A stretch of DNA of 64,000 nucleotides from a virus (lineage: Duplodnaviria > Caudoviricetes). The notes under the pieces are model-generated. The model had not been told where the DNA came from and did no database searches. It was given only the letters and a program-made list of their open reading frames with translations. Positions 18,921-27,973 of the stretch are shown one piece after another; the first letter of the stretch is position 1; each line of letters starts with the position of its first letter. The stretch lies in IMG/VR virus record IMGVR_UViG_3300037067_026376, positions 1 through 64,000 of that record; one strand, 5' to 3'. Made by a program: the position numbers and the translations under genes.

Positions 18921-20146
18921 TTACTTTTTTCTTTTAACTCCATCTTTTCCTTTATCGCTAAATCAAGTTTCTGTTTTAAATCATTCTTTTCTATTTTGTG
19001 TACCAGTTGCCGCAAACTATATTCTTTTCCCTCCCAGGGAATCCTAACTGTTTCAATACTATCAACGACTTCACCATCATCATGCCTTAAATCATAGAGA
19101 AATATAAGAGCCTCCTCAATTGAGGCGGAATCCTTGCTCTTATCGAGAGTTATGGTTATTTTTTCCTTTATGTCTTTTAATATAATGTCTTTTATCTCAG
19201 GAAATTCTATTAATTTCACCTTAGCATTTTCTCTGCCCTGCCCCAATCTCTCCCCGTTATAAGACAGCCATACCCCTGATTTCTCTATGATACCGTGTTT
19301 AATTCCAAGATCTATGATCTCCCCCTCGACAGATATGCCGTGCCCAAAAATTATATCGAATTCTGCTTGACGATGCGGACTCGCACACTTATTTTTGATT
19401 ACTTTTACCCGTACACGATTCCCTATTATTTCGTCGCCTTTTTTTAAGGACTCAATTTTTCTTATATCTAGACGAACAGAAGAATAAAATTTAAGGGCAT
19501 TACCTCCAGGATTCACTTCTTTTGATCCAAACATTTTCATAGGATCGATTCTTATCTGATTAATAAAAAATAAACATGTCTTTGATTTTGATACAACTCC
19601 AGTAAGTTTTCTTAATCCTTGCGACATCAATCTTGCTAGTAAAGCAATATTTGAATCGCCAAAATTTCCATCTATTTCGGCCTGAGGAACAAGAGCAGCA
19701 ACAGAATCTATTACTATGAAATCAATTATTCCTGATCTCGTCATTGTCTCTGCAATTTCAAGACATTCTTCGGCGGAGGATGGCTGAGAAAATAACATTT
19801 TTTTAGTATCTATACCTATTCTTTCCGAGTATAAAGGATCAATTGCATGTTCCATATCCAAATAGGCCGCTATTCCTCCCATTTTTTGAACCTGAACCAC
19901 TATTTGTTGAGCAAGAGTTGATTTGCCACTCATTTCTGGGCCTACACATTCTACTATCCTTCCTTTTGGGATTCCATTGATCCCTAATGCTATATCAAGT
20001 TCCAAGGATCCAGTAGGTATGGATTCAATTTTTATCCTGGATGATTCATCGCCGAGCATCATTACTGAACCTTTTCCGAATTGCTTCTCAATTTGCGCTA
20101 TCGTTTGATCAAGAATTTGCTGCTTATCCACTTTTTCTTCTTTCAT
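18917..20146 (-). CDS. recA: RecA recombinase with C-terminal extension
   Basis: GPEMSGKST, IVIDSVAAL, FINQIR, GGNALKFYSSVRLDIR. Confidence 0.97.
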   Translation of the reverse strand: MKEEKVDKQQILDQTIAQIEKQFGKGSVMMLGDESSRIKIESIPTGSLELDIALGINGIPKGRIVECVGPEMSGKSTLAQQIVVQVQKMGGIAAYLDMEHAIDPLYSERIGIDTKKMLFSQPSSAEECLEIAETMTRSGIIDFIVIDSVAALVPQAEIDGNFGDSNIALLARLMSQGLRKLTGVVSKSKTCLFFINQIRIDPMKMFGSKEVNPGGNALKFYSSVRLDIRKIESLKKGDEIIGNRVRVKVIKNKCASPHRQAEFDIIFGHGISVEGEIIDLGIKHGIIEKSGVWLSYNGERLGQGRENAKVKLIEFPEIKDIILKDIKEKITITLDKSKDSASIEEALIFLYDLRHDDGEVVDSIETVRIPWEGKEYSLRQLVHKIEKNDLKQKLDLAIKEKMELKEKSK

Positions 20147-20661
20147 TATATCTTTTCCTCTACTAAAGCTAGTAAATCTTTATCTACAAATTCTTCCACG
20201 ACTCCAATTGTATCATCATGATTTCCATTATGGCAAACTACGCATAGAGCTATTTTTTCAAACCCCCTGCTTTTTGACATCCCGGTCGAACTATATCCCA
20301 GAGATATTATTCGTGCCTTAGAATTCAAGACTCTATTTAAAATGTTTTTTATTTTAGTGTCTTTCCCGATATATCGACCTTCATATTTTTCTCTTCCCTT
20401 ACGAAGACTATACGGCGGATCCCAGATAACAGTATCAAACTTCAAATCAGTAGTGTTTATAAATTCATAGGCGTCTCCATGATGATGAGCTGGCATTTCC
20501 GGATCTAAATCGACTCTATATTCATCACAATTCATCATTACTTTTCCTGCAAATAAATTAAGAGTTTTGCCATTACACCATGATTCTACCCATTTCTTTA
20601 ACTGAGGTTGCATGAAGGTATATCTCGCGGGTGGCTGCATTAAATATGTAAAATTTTTCAT
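20146..20661 (-). CDS. Small amino-type DNA methyltransferase-like protein
   Basis: LNLFAG SAM-binding and DPPY catalytic motifs. Confidence 0.7.
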   Translation of the reverse strand: MKNFTYLMQPPARYTFMQPQLKKWVESWCNGKTLNLFAGKVMMNCDEYRVDLDPEMPAHHHGDAYEFINTTDLKFDTVIWDPPYSLRKGREKYEGRYIGKDTKIKNILNRVLNSKARIISLGYSSTGMSKSRGFEKIALCVVCHNGNHDDTIGVVEEFVDKDLLALVEEKI

Positions 20662-20746
20662 TTATTTCCTTTTTATTATTGGCCAAGGCCGCGAACACTC
20701 TTATCGACAGCCTCACTTACGCCTGGAGTGGTAGTACCAATATATT

Positions 20747-21112
20747 TTAAGATTCCTTGTTTATTCGCATAAATGCCGATCTGTCATAAAACGCAGCCTT
20801 ATAAAAAATACTGGCTTTATAGTTTCCATCTTGATCTATTAACTCACTCCACATGGAGTGATCTGTGGCCCGCTTACTCCATCCCTTCGGTAACTCAGCT
20901 ATGCAAAAAATAGGATCTTTAGCTAAAGGACTACCGAATTTTACTCCCTGATCTTGAAGAATTTTTTTATCTTCATCATTTATATTTACTGGTAATTCGG
21001 AACTATTTATTAACTGATTTTGTCCTTTCTTTTCTTGTTGTTCAATTGCTTCTGGATTTACACCCATGATCCAACCCGGATGTTTTGCATTTTTTTCTGT
21101 ATTCGTTATCAT
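20747..21112 (-). CDS. Conserved hypothetical phage protein
   Basis: LPKGWSKRATDHSMWS...IFYKAAFYDR pattern. Confidence 0.55.
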   Translation of the reverse strand: MITNTEKNAKHPGWIMGVNPEAIEQQEKKGQNQLINSSELPVNINDEDKKILQDQGVKFGSPLAKDPIFCIAELPKGWSKRATDHSMWSELIDQDGNYKASIFYKAAFYDRSAFMRINKES

Positions 21113-21116
21113 TTTT

Positions 21117-21338
21117 TTACCTTTTAAATAAATCTCTTTTTAAGCTACCTTTAAGCAGAAGATTAAGCTTATCCGGGAAGATCCGGTATCTCCCGCCTAT
21201 TTTCTTCCCTATGTGATAAACTTCACACCATGTCCTTATCGTGACTGCGCTGGTCTTGACTATTGCTGCAGCTTCTTGAGGAGATATCGTCTCCTCAAGC
21301 TCATATAAAGTTTCTTCTATTTTGCTGATATCGGGCAA
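21117..21338 (-). CDS. Excisionase-like HTH protein
   Basis: ISPQEAAAIVKTSAVTIRTWC...KIGGRYRI. Confidence 0.7.
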   Translation of the reverse strand: MPDISKIEETLYELEETISPQEAAAIVKTSAVTIRTWCEVYHIGKKIGGRYRIFPDKLNLLLKGSLKRDLFKR

Positions 21339-21339
21339 T

Positions 21340-22434
21340 TTATTCTCCTAAGAGTTTTACTCTCTCATCGTCACATTTCCTGAATATATCGTCACTGCAC
21401 TGATTGCAATCCTGAGTCAAATCATTATCCTTCCCGAATACATGATTATAAGGACATGGATTAGTAGAAGCCGCGGCTTCAGGAGATCTTGAACGCCTGC
21501 GCGATGATCTGCCCTCACTTGGAGCGGATACAGAAGCTGGTTTATTAACAGGGTCTACCTCATCAAATGATGGCCGTCTCAGATCGGAATTTACATCCCG
21601 GGAAGGGATATCTTCTTTGCCTGAGGCCTTATCATCATCAGATTCTTCTGCTTCTCCAGTTCCTACCTGAAAGTATGCGTTCCTAACCTCTTCATACGCC
21701 GGTTTTATCAGCATTTTATCCAGAGGATATGCCTGCTCCATTACTTTATCGCTGTATTTCTTCGGATCTTTTCTCTCGGCGAAGGATACGGCATAATTAA
21801 GGTTTTTGCCTGCCGCTGTATTCTGAGCCGTTACGATAAATTCTACACTGCAACCGAATTCAGGATCCCAGAAATCAGTAAATTTACCGTTACCAAAGGC
21901 CGTGGCTTCAAGCAGTTTCTTTTCGAACCAGAAATGAATTTCCTCAAATATCTGAATAACTCTTTTATCCTTCGGCTGATTCAAGTCGATTACATTATAG
22001 AGACATCTGCGTTTTACCCCTAAAGGATTCCCATTTAATGAGGAATCAGGTACAGCTTTATCGTTTTTCAACATTCTCCTGTCTTCACATACAGGGCAGG
22101 GTTCGTTAAACATATTCTCGAGACATAGATAAGTATCATTACCCCCAGGCCCCATTTTTCTATGGACTTTAACGTCCGCGTTATAGGTGATATCGCCGGA
22201 AGGAATATCGGCAAGGTTATTTGTAGTCACAATAAAGGGCAAAATATCAATCCTGTTTATAATTTCCTTCCCTCTTTCCGTTATCTCTGGGCGATAAAAC
22301 ATCTCCTTCTTATACCCGCCGACAATTTCAAGATTAAGAATTGACTTCCCCGGGGTGTACCCGCCCTGATCTTTTGTATCGTAATTCTTTTGCGTTCTCT
22401 CCCTGATTTTTCTACGTCTTTCTTCTGCGTTCAT
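21340..22434 (-). CDS. T4 gp32-like single-stranded DNA-binding protein
   Basis: RIDILPF, CxxxxxxxCPVC, RCLYNVID and an acidic/low-complexity tail. Confidence 0.65.
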   Translation of the reverse strand: MNAEERRRKIRERTQKNYDTKDQGGYTPGKSILNLEIVGGYKKEMFYRPEITERGKEIINRIDILPFIVTTNNLADIPSGDITYNADVKVHRKMGPGGNDTYLCLENMFNEPCPVCEDRRMLKNDKAVPDSSLNGNPLGVKRRCLYNVIDLNQPKDKRVIQIFEEIHFWFEKKLLEATAFGNGKFTDFWDPEFGCSVEFIVTAQNTAAGKNLNYAVSFAERKDPKKYSDKVMEQAYPLDKMLIKPAYEEVRNAYFQVGTGEAEESDDDKASGKEDIPSRDVNSDLRRPSFDEVDPVNKPASVSAPSEGRSSRRRSRSPEAAASTNPCPYNHVFGKDNDLTQDCNQCSDDIFRKCDDERVKLLGE

Positions 22435-22465
22435 AAATATTTTTACTCCTAAAATTTAATTTTAT

Positions 22466-22860
22466 AATACCGTTGCCGGTCTTCCCCGGCTGTTGCTTTG
22501 GTTACCGCCATAGCGTCCTAGCCACGTCCAAAAAGATTTTATTAGCTATTCCTTCAGATAGATACTTTCCGGGGCTTATTCAGGTTTACCCATACCCTCT
22601 CTATCGACTCTATGCTATCTCTGATTTCAAAGCCTGTCCCCTATTCTCAGTCTTTACATAGGAAGCGTAACCCGATACACGACTGCGCTGTCCGCCTTTT
22701 TCAAAAATCTTCGAGGGCTGCGACAGCACTTTTAAAATAATACCGGCTACTTTTTACGGAAGTAGCAAACCGTTAAAAATCAGGTTTAATTTGAGCCTGT
22801 ATAAACGCCCATACAGTGGGCCGCTCAACACCTTTTCCGCTTTGACCTGAATGCGGTAGG
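22466..22860 (-). ncRNA. Candidate structured ncRNA with several hairpins and pseudoknots
   Basis: No good ORF, elevated GC, multiple stems; directly downstream of tRNA-Met; boundaries approximate. Confidence 0.4.
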
Positions 22861-22868
22861 ATTTTTCT

Positions 22869-22942
22869 TAGCGGAAGCGGGAATCGAACCCGCAAAGTGC
22901 AAGGGTTATGAACCCTCCGACTTACCATTGGTCTATTCCGCG
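22869..22942 (-). tRNA. tRNA-Met(CAU), initiator-like
   Basis: Cloverleaf; anticodon loop UU-CAU-AA; three G-C pairs at the base of the anticodon loop; unpaired C1:U72; T arm GCGGG-UUCGAUU-CCCGC; no encoded CCA. Confidence 0.9.
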
Positions 22943-23061
22943 ATGTTATAATACCAAACAGGAGGTGAGACTTAAATAAACACTCCTATTGAGCGGCAGG
23001 CCGCCACGCCTTATCTCATGCACTAACGCTATTCACGCCACGCCGGGCAAATCCTGCTTCC

Positions 23062-23226
23062 CTATTTAAAAAGGGCACTTCTGAAGTCTTTTAATTCCTG
23101 ATCCAGAACTTTCATGACTTCTTTTGGGTCTTCCCCGTCTTCAACAGTTGCGGAAACTCCGGGTTTAATATTTTCATAATTACCCAGATTGAATGTCCTC
23201 TCAACTGTCACTTCTTTGATCTTCAT
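23062..23226 (-). CDS. Small conserved phage protein (54 aa)
   Basis: Hand-translated MKIKEVTVERTFNLGNYENIKPGVSATVEDGEDP... Confidence 0.65.
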   Translation of the reverse strand: MKIKEVTVERTFNLGNYENIKPGVSATVEDGEDPKEVMKVLDQELKDFRSALFK

Positions 23227-23380
23227 CTACTTCTGCCTTATAAAATTTATCTAAAATAGCTTACGCTATTTTAATATTTATTTCCTGTTCAAAGGAACAG
23301 GCTTTAACGGTGTAGCCCACCGTAATATATTTAATGTTATTTTATTTTGCTCCTACAATAAAATATTATTCATTTCCGCT

Positions 23381-23620
23381 TTATCTAAAAACCATCTCTC
23401 CGACTATACTTTTTAATTTCTCCTGTCTTTTTTCTGTGTATTCTGCTTGTAATTCCTCTTTACTTTTATTTAAATTCCAAATTAATTTATTCCCGCAATT
23501 TGGACAATAATTATCTCCGTTTTTTAAATGTTTAGATTTACATGCAGGACATTTAAAAACTTCTCCATACCATTCTTCCTCTCCAATTAAATTCTCGCTT
23601 TTAATTATTATTTCTTTCAT
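23381..23620 (-). CDS. Zinc-ribbon protein
   Basis: CPAC...YCPNCG. Confidence 0.6.
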   Translation of the reverse strand: MKEIIIKSENLIGEEEWYGEVFKCPACKSKHLKNGDNYCPNCGNKLIWNLNKSKEELQAEYTEKRQEKLKSIVGEMVFR

Positions 23621-23740
23621 ATATTTTTGCTCCTATTTAAAATAATAACGCGGGCAGGTGAGGTATCAGTTTATTGTGCTGATCAAGCTTTACATAAACA
23701 TCCCATTCTCCTTTTACTTTCCTTGCCCATTTATAATGCC

Positions 23741-23908
23741 TTGTAGGGGTGGGACTTTCACCCACTAGAAAAATTTCAGAAGAACATACCGTATACAAGA
23801 AGTCCTCCTAAGTGATTTTTATAAAAAACAGTGGAAGTTGTCCAAACTCATGCCTGAGCGTTTTTTATATTTTTCCTATCTTATCCGTCCTTTTATTACG
23901 TCCCTACA
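23741..23908 (-). ncRNA. tRNA-mimic ncRNA (acceptor stem and T arm enclosing a large insert)
   Basis: UGUAGGG/CCCUACA 7-bp stem with A discriminator; T arm GUGGG-UGAAAGU-CCCAC; internal stems. Confidence 0.55.
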
Positions 23909-23919
23909 TTATAATACCA

Positions 23920-24005
23920 TTATCAGAATAGGATATCTTCAATGGGACTCACACCCACTATTCCGATAACTGATAGATATCTTCAAACCGACTCTCACGG
24001 CTATC
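23920..24005 (-). repeat. Two tandem copies of a stem / T-loop hairpin / UUGAAGAUAUC motif
   Basis: Units 23972-24005 and 23920-23969 share architecture with covarying stems. Confidence 0.55.
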
Positions 24006-24010
24006 GTGCT

Positions 24011-24544
24011 TTATAAAGCCTTATCCTCCGTTACGGATCTTCTTCTCCTGCTGTTTATCCTTTCCGATACCTCAGACCTTTTCTCCTCTGTTTTCTGTTT
24101 CCATTGCTCCTGCATACTCAGTATCTTCTTTAAGTCCCGGGGTTCTTTCGGCCCGGCGAAATAAGCTCCGCCCCAAAGCCGGACGAGGTTTTCCAGTGAA
24201 GTCTTCTTATGATCAAGGGCGCGGACGGCGTTATTACAGATATTATATTGATATATCGAGTTATGAAATTTTTCCGTAGCTTCTTTATGAAGAGTGTGAG
24301 TTTCTATATAAGCCTTTACCACTGCTTCAGTGAACTTATTCCCAGAATTCTTTTCCCTGAATTCTTTATCGATTGTGGAATCTATGAAATCAAGACTCTC
24401 TTTTGCTTTTTTCATTTTATCCTCTGCGATAGAAGATAATTTGGCCCATTTCATATATACCCGAGGCTGATTTATCCATTCCACATCTAATGCCTCGGCG
24501 TCAATACTGACATCTTTTTCGTAATCTAAATTTTCTTCTGACAT
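24011..24544 (-). CDS. UvsY-like recombination mediator
   Basis: DVSIDAEALDVEWINQPRVYMKW...ALDHKKTSLENLVRL; near the SSB and recA genes. Confidence 0.55.
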   Translation of the reverse strand: MSEENLDYEKDVSIDAEALDVEWINQPRVYMKWAKLSSIAEDKMKKAKESLDFIDSTIDKEFREKNSGNKFTEAVVKAYIETHTLHKEATEKFHNSIYQYNICNNAVRALDHKKTSLENLVRLWGGAYFAGPKEPRDLKKILSMQEQWKQKTEEKRSEVSERINSRRRRSVTEDKAL

Positions 24545-24562
24545 TCAATTCTCCTTTTTATT

Positions 24563-24775
24563 TTAATAACTCCCAGACCGAGACCCAGACCGAGACCCAG
24601 ACCCAGACCCAGACCAAGACCCAGACCCAGACCCAGACCCAACCCCAGACCCAGACCAAGACCCAGACCCAGACCCAGACCGAGACCCAGACCCAGACCG
24701 AGACCCAGACCCAGACCGAGACCAAGACCCAGACCCATACCAAGACCCAGACCTTATATAATTAGCAACTATCAT
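24563..24775 (-). CDS. Ser/Gly dipeptide-repeat protein
   Basis: SG/SR/SW repeats; start overlaps upstream stop. Confidence 0.65.
   Translation of the reverse strand: MIVANYIRSGSWYGSGSWSRSGSGSRSGSGSRSGSGSGSWSGSGVGSGSGSGSWSGSGSGSRSGSRSGSY
24572..24753. repeat. Hexanucleotide tandem repeat (CCCAGA/CCGAGA/CCAAGA variants), about 30 units
   Basis: Directly visible. Confidence 0.95.
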
Positions 24776-25113
24776 TATTTCTGACCTTTAGGAATATTAT
24801 GTTTCCAAAAACCAAAATCTGTAACTGTATCGAGATTTACAAACCAGTCCCCCATTTCTTCATATTCATTTAATTCCCCGCCCTTAATAGCTTGCATAAA
24901 TCTTCCTGAATCAGCTACCCATATAGCTTGAGATAAAAATACAATTTTACCTATTAGCTTTTCGACCTTACCAATAATATGATAAGTAACTGTCCGCAAA
25001 AATAGTGTTTTACCTACAAGATCATTCAAATCAGATACATCAATTTTTTCATTTTCCCCTAGCTGATCTTTAATTAATTCATAGGTCTCGTCGCTGACAT
25101 TTAACGTTTTCAT
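24775..25113 (-). CDS. Conserved phage protein (DUF6948-like)
   Basis: LFLRTVTYHIIGKV...AIWVADSGRF motif. Confidence 0.55.
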   Translation of the reverse strand: MKTLNVSDETYELIKDQLGENEKIDVSDLNDLVGKTLFLRTVTYHIIGKVEKLIGKIVFLSQAIWVADSGRFMQAIKGGELNEYEEMGDWFVNLDTVTDFGFWKHNIPKGQK

Positions 25114-25127
25114 AAATTCTCTTTTTT

Positions 25128-25604
25128 TTATTTTAATATCTGTATTATATACGATACGTGAATCCCTTCATAAGCTCCTGCACTCTCTACCAGGTAATGA
25201 TAATCCCCGGATTCTGAAGGAGTATAGTGATAAATTATTTTATTCCCTGTTTCTATCTCGCTGTAACGGTCACTATTATCCTTCGACCAACAAGCTCTAA
25301 CATCCTGACCCGTGGTATAAGTAAACGCGATATAAGTGATACCTGCTTCCAGTTTAATGGGATAGCTGGCGGTACGTTTGTAATAAACTCTGTCAAAAGA
25401 TGTCCAGCAGATACCGTCAACTTCATGACCCTCGCGGATAAGCTTATTCTGATAATCTACGATAAATTCAGAAATATCAAAGAGAAGTTGTTCCGTTATT
25501 ATTTCTTCTTTTTTTTCTCTTTCAGCTACAGCTTTATCCCAATACATTTGATTAAGATTGAGAGAAGAAAAAATTATTAAAAAAGTAACAATTATTTTAT
25601 TCAT
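25128..25604 (-). CDS. Exported or membrane-anchored hypothetical protein
   Basis: Signal-like N-terminus MNKIIVTFLIIFSS. Confidence 0.5.
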   Translation of the reverse strand: MNKIIVTFLIIFSSLNLNQMYWDKAVAEREKKEEIITEQLLFDISEFIVDYQNKLIREGHEVDGICWTSFDRVYYKRTASYPIKLEAGITYIAFTYTTGQDVRACWSKDNSDRYSEIETGNKIIYHYTPSESGDYHYLVESAGAYEGIHVSYIIQILK

Positions 25605-25866
25605 AACTTATTATTTCAAAATATGCGGTATAAAAAAGTTCATTATCCAATATATCGAACTTCTGATCAACTAAAAAGCATCGCCCTGTTGTTATTCCTA
25701 ATTCCGGTACATAACAACATAAATCAGGCAAATTTTTAAAATCATGACTTAAAAAATCTATAAGTTCAAAATTTTCTTCAGTATTTAATTTTAAAATAAA
25801 CCCTTTATCCATTTCAGTAATTTTTGCCTTATTTACATTAAATTGATCTATTTGTATCGTTTTCAT
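25597..25866 (-). CDS. Hypothetical protein
   Basis: Operon-packed ORF. Confidence 0.45.
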   Translation of the reverse strand: MKTIQIDQFNVNKAKITEMDKGFILKLNTEENFELIDFLSHDFKNLPDLCCYVPELGITTGRCFLVDQKFDILDNELFYTAYFEIISYE

Positions 25867-25872
25867 ATTTTT

Positions 25873-26142
25873 TTATTCCGAACTTGAACCTATTTTAGCG
25901 CCTATTTTTCTATTTTCAATCTGCCATAGAGGAACGTGAAGAACAAAGTCCCACATCATCTCTCGACTCATTATTAGATGATTTACTAATTCACACCACT
26001 CTTCTTTCGTGGGATAACAATTATCGAAAATTTCTTTATAACAATCTTTACATGCTCTCTCAAATCCCTCCCAATCTTCTCGACGATAAAAATATAAATC
26101 TTGCGCTATTACAGATAATTCTTTTGCTTTTTGAGTAATCAT
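25873..26142 (-). CDS. Hypothetical protein
   Basis: Operon-packed ORF. Confidence 0.45.
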   Translation of the reverse strand: MITQKAKELSVIAQDLYFYRREDWEGFERACKDCYKEIFDNCYPTKEEWCELVNHLIMSREMMWDFVLHVPLWQIENRKIGAKIGSSSE

Positions 26143-26177
26143 CTAAAAATAATTTTCCCTGAAATATTTTTTAAAAA

Positions 26178-26315
26178 TCGAGACAAATAATGAGAAAGTG
26201 TTTTCTTTACCGGTGTGTTTGACCAACTTCACTACCCCGCGGATAATTCGCGGGGGGAGGATTTGAACCTCCGAATGCCGGTTCCTATCGAAGTATCTCT
26301 CTCGTCAGTACTCAA
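26178..26315 (-). ncRNA. Y RNA (YrlA-like) A
   Basis: Permuted tRNA-like domain: T arm GGAGG-UUCAAAU-CCUCC, loop-closed acceptor-like stem CCCCGCG/CGCGGGG, D-like arm; terminal stem with UACUUCGA; just downstream of Ro60. Confidence 0.8.
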
Positions 26316-26320
26316 TTATA

Positions 26321-27733
26321 TTAAATTTCTATCTCCTCGATTCTTTTAATAAGGGTATTTTTATCCTGCTCCAATGCCGCTATTATTTCGAATATGTTCT
26401 CGGAAAATCCGGCAATAGTCATTATTTTATTACCTATTATCTGAGATGTCCCATATCCCTGCAAATCGAAGGAATAAATATAAGGATCACAATTATAAGA
26501 CTTTTTATATTGATTAAATTCTGATTGTGGAGTATTGCCACCCATCCATCCCTGCATATCGCTCAATATTATGATTCTGTCATAAGCCTTACTTGCTTTC
26601 TGAAATATAGAATGAAAATTAGTTCCGCCGCTTGCGAATCTGACTGAATTTGCTAAAGTGATAAGAGTATCGTCAGTGTTTACAGTTCTATATCTTGCAT
26701 CGTTATTAAAAGTCATGAAATCACAGTTGTTAGTCTTTACAAGCGCCATAGCAAATAATGATCCTATCTGTGCAGGTTTGCCAGTCATCGAACCGGATTC
26801 ATCAAGAACAACAAGAGTTTTTCCCTTAAATCTCGGGACATTGCTTAATGAAATCTCAACTGCTTTATTCAGATATTTCTTAATCTTAGCGTTGTTGACT
26901 TCTTCGTAAGCCGTAGTAAATCGGAACGGGAGAACCATGGATTTATAAATTCTTTTTTCGTTTACAAGTTCCTCACATGCTTTATCGATAGCTTCAGGAG
27001 CATTTTCCTGAATATTACGCAGATTACGGATAAGGGCAAAATATTCCAGTTTGGGGTTATTTACGAATTCAATCCATGCCTCTTTCTTCAGCATAAATTT
27101 TTCTTCCTCGTTCTTCGCCTTCTGACCCGCACCTGTGAGTTTGGATTCCCATGTTGTAGTTGATTTTAATTCATCTCTTACAAGTTTAGCCAACGCATCC
27201 GAGTTCTTTTCCGATCCCTTCGGATGAAGAAGATTTACAGCATCTATAAGTTTGAACTCTTTTCCTTCTCCTCTGTATTTCGCGATCTGATAGGCATCAA
27301 ATTTATCAAATGCTTTCTTCAGACCCTTTCTTAATGAGTTTGGAATAGGCTTTTTATAGTTACTCAGATAGTATGAAAGTATCTCTGTAATATCATCGGT
27401 GCGATATACTACTTTATCGAAAAAATTCTTTGTCCAGTTCTCGCCCTTTACCTGTTTCGCGATCTCTCCAGCAACGATATGAGTGATAGATCTCATCCGA
27501 AACTCGTTGCGAGCAAATATTGCTGATTTCGCCACAAACTTTTTATCCTTCATCCCGGAAATCATTCTCTTGATTTCTTCAATGTTTGTTTCCTCTGATC
27601 TGTAGAATTGATCATTTACAAATGAAGTAAGGAGAAACGTCACGAACTCCATTTTATCCGGGAGCTTGTATGCGCGTCCACCCGCCAGGTTTTCCGTTTT
27701 AGCGCTTTGTGTTTTTGTATTAAATTTAGACAT
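26321..27733 (-). CDS. Ro60/Rsr-like TROVE plus vWA RNA-binding protein
   Basis: ENLAGGRAY N-terminus, FDAYQIAKY, TWESKL, ALIRNLRNI, LPFRF, vWA MIDAS DESGSM, GGTNF. Confidence 0.93.
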   Translation of the reverse strand: MSKFNTKTQSAKTENLAGGRAYKLPDKMEFVTFLLTSFVNDQFYRSEETNIEEIKRMISGMKDKKFVAKSAIFARNEFRMRSITHIVAGEIAKQVKGENWTKNFFDKVVYRTDDITEILSYYLSNYKKPIPNSLRKGLKKAFDKFDAYQIAKYRGEGKEFKLIDAVNLLHPKGSEKNSDALAKLVRDELKSTTTWESKLTGAGQKAKNEEEKFMLKKEAWIEFVNNPKLEYFALIRNLRNIQENAPEAIDKACEELVNEKRIYKSMVLPFRFTTAYEEVNNAKIKKYLNKAVEISLSNVPRFKGKTLVVLDESGSMTGKPAQIGSLFAMALVKTNNCDFMTFNNDARYRTVNTDDTLITLANSVRFASGGTNFHSIFQKASKAYDRIIILSDMQGWMGGNTPQSEFNQYKKSYNCDPYIYSFDLQGYGTSQIIGNKIMTIAGFSENIFEIIAALEQDKNTLIKRIEEIEI

Positions 27734-27957
27734 CAGTTTCCTCCTAATGGAACATTATTTATTAAACATGCTCTTATAAAGCCTTCGCGATATGCCGCAT
27801 TTAAAAGCAACACTTCGTCATCTATTTCCCTGATAGATGAAATCCCGGCATATCCTTTTCTGATTATGGTTTCATCATATATTATTTTAAAGAAACAAAC
27901 AAATATACACCATTTCTTTTCCAACATATACGGTTTAGGGATTTCATTCAGTTTCAT
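27733..27957 (-). CDS. Small hypothetical protein coupled to Ro60
   Basis: Stop/start overlap with the Ro60 gene; lies between the Y RNAs and Ro60. Confidence 0.45.
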   Translation of the reverse strand: MKLNEIPKPYMLEKKWCIFVCFFKIIYDETIIRKGYAGISSIREIDDEVLLLNAAYREGFIRACLINNVPLGGN

Positions 27958-27973
27958 ATTTTTATATTAAAAA

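Noticed and set aside
23741-23908. tmRNA
   Set aside because: No G3-U70 alanine identity, no tag reading frame, and less than half the usual length.
24526-24743. GL-repeat and VW/VS-repeat ORFs
   Set aside because: Alternative frames of the hexamer repeat; only the SG frame has a start coupled to the upstream gene.
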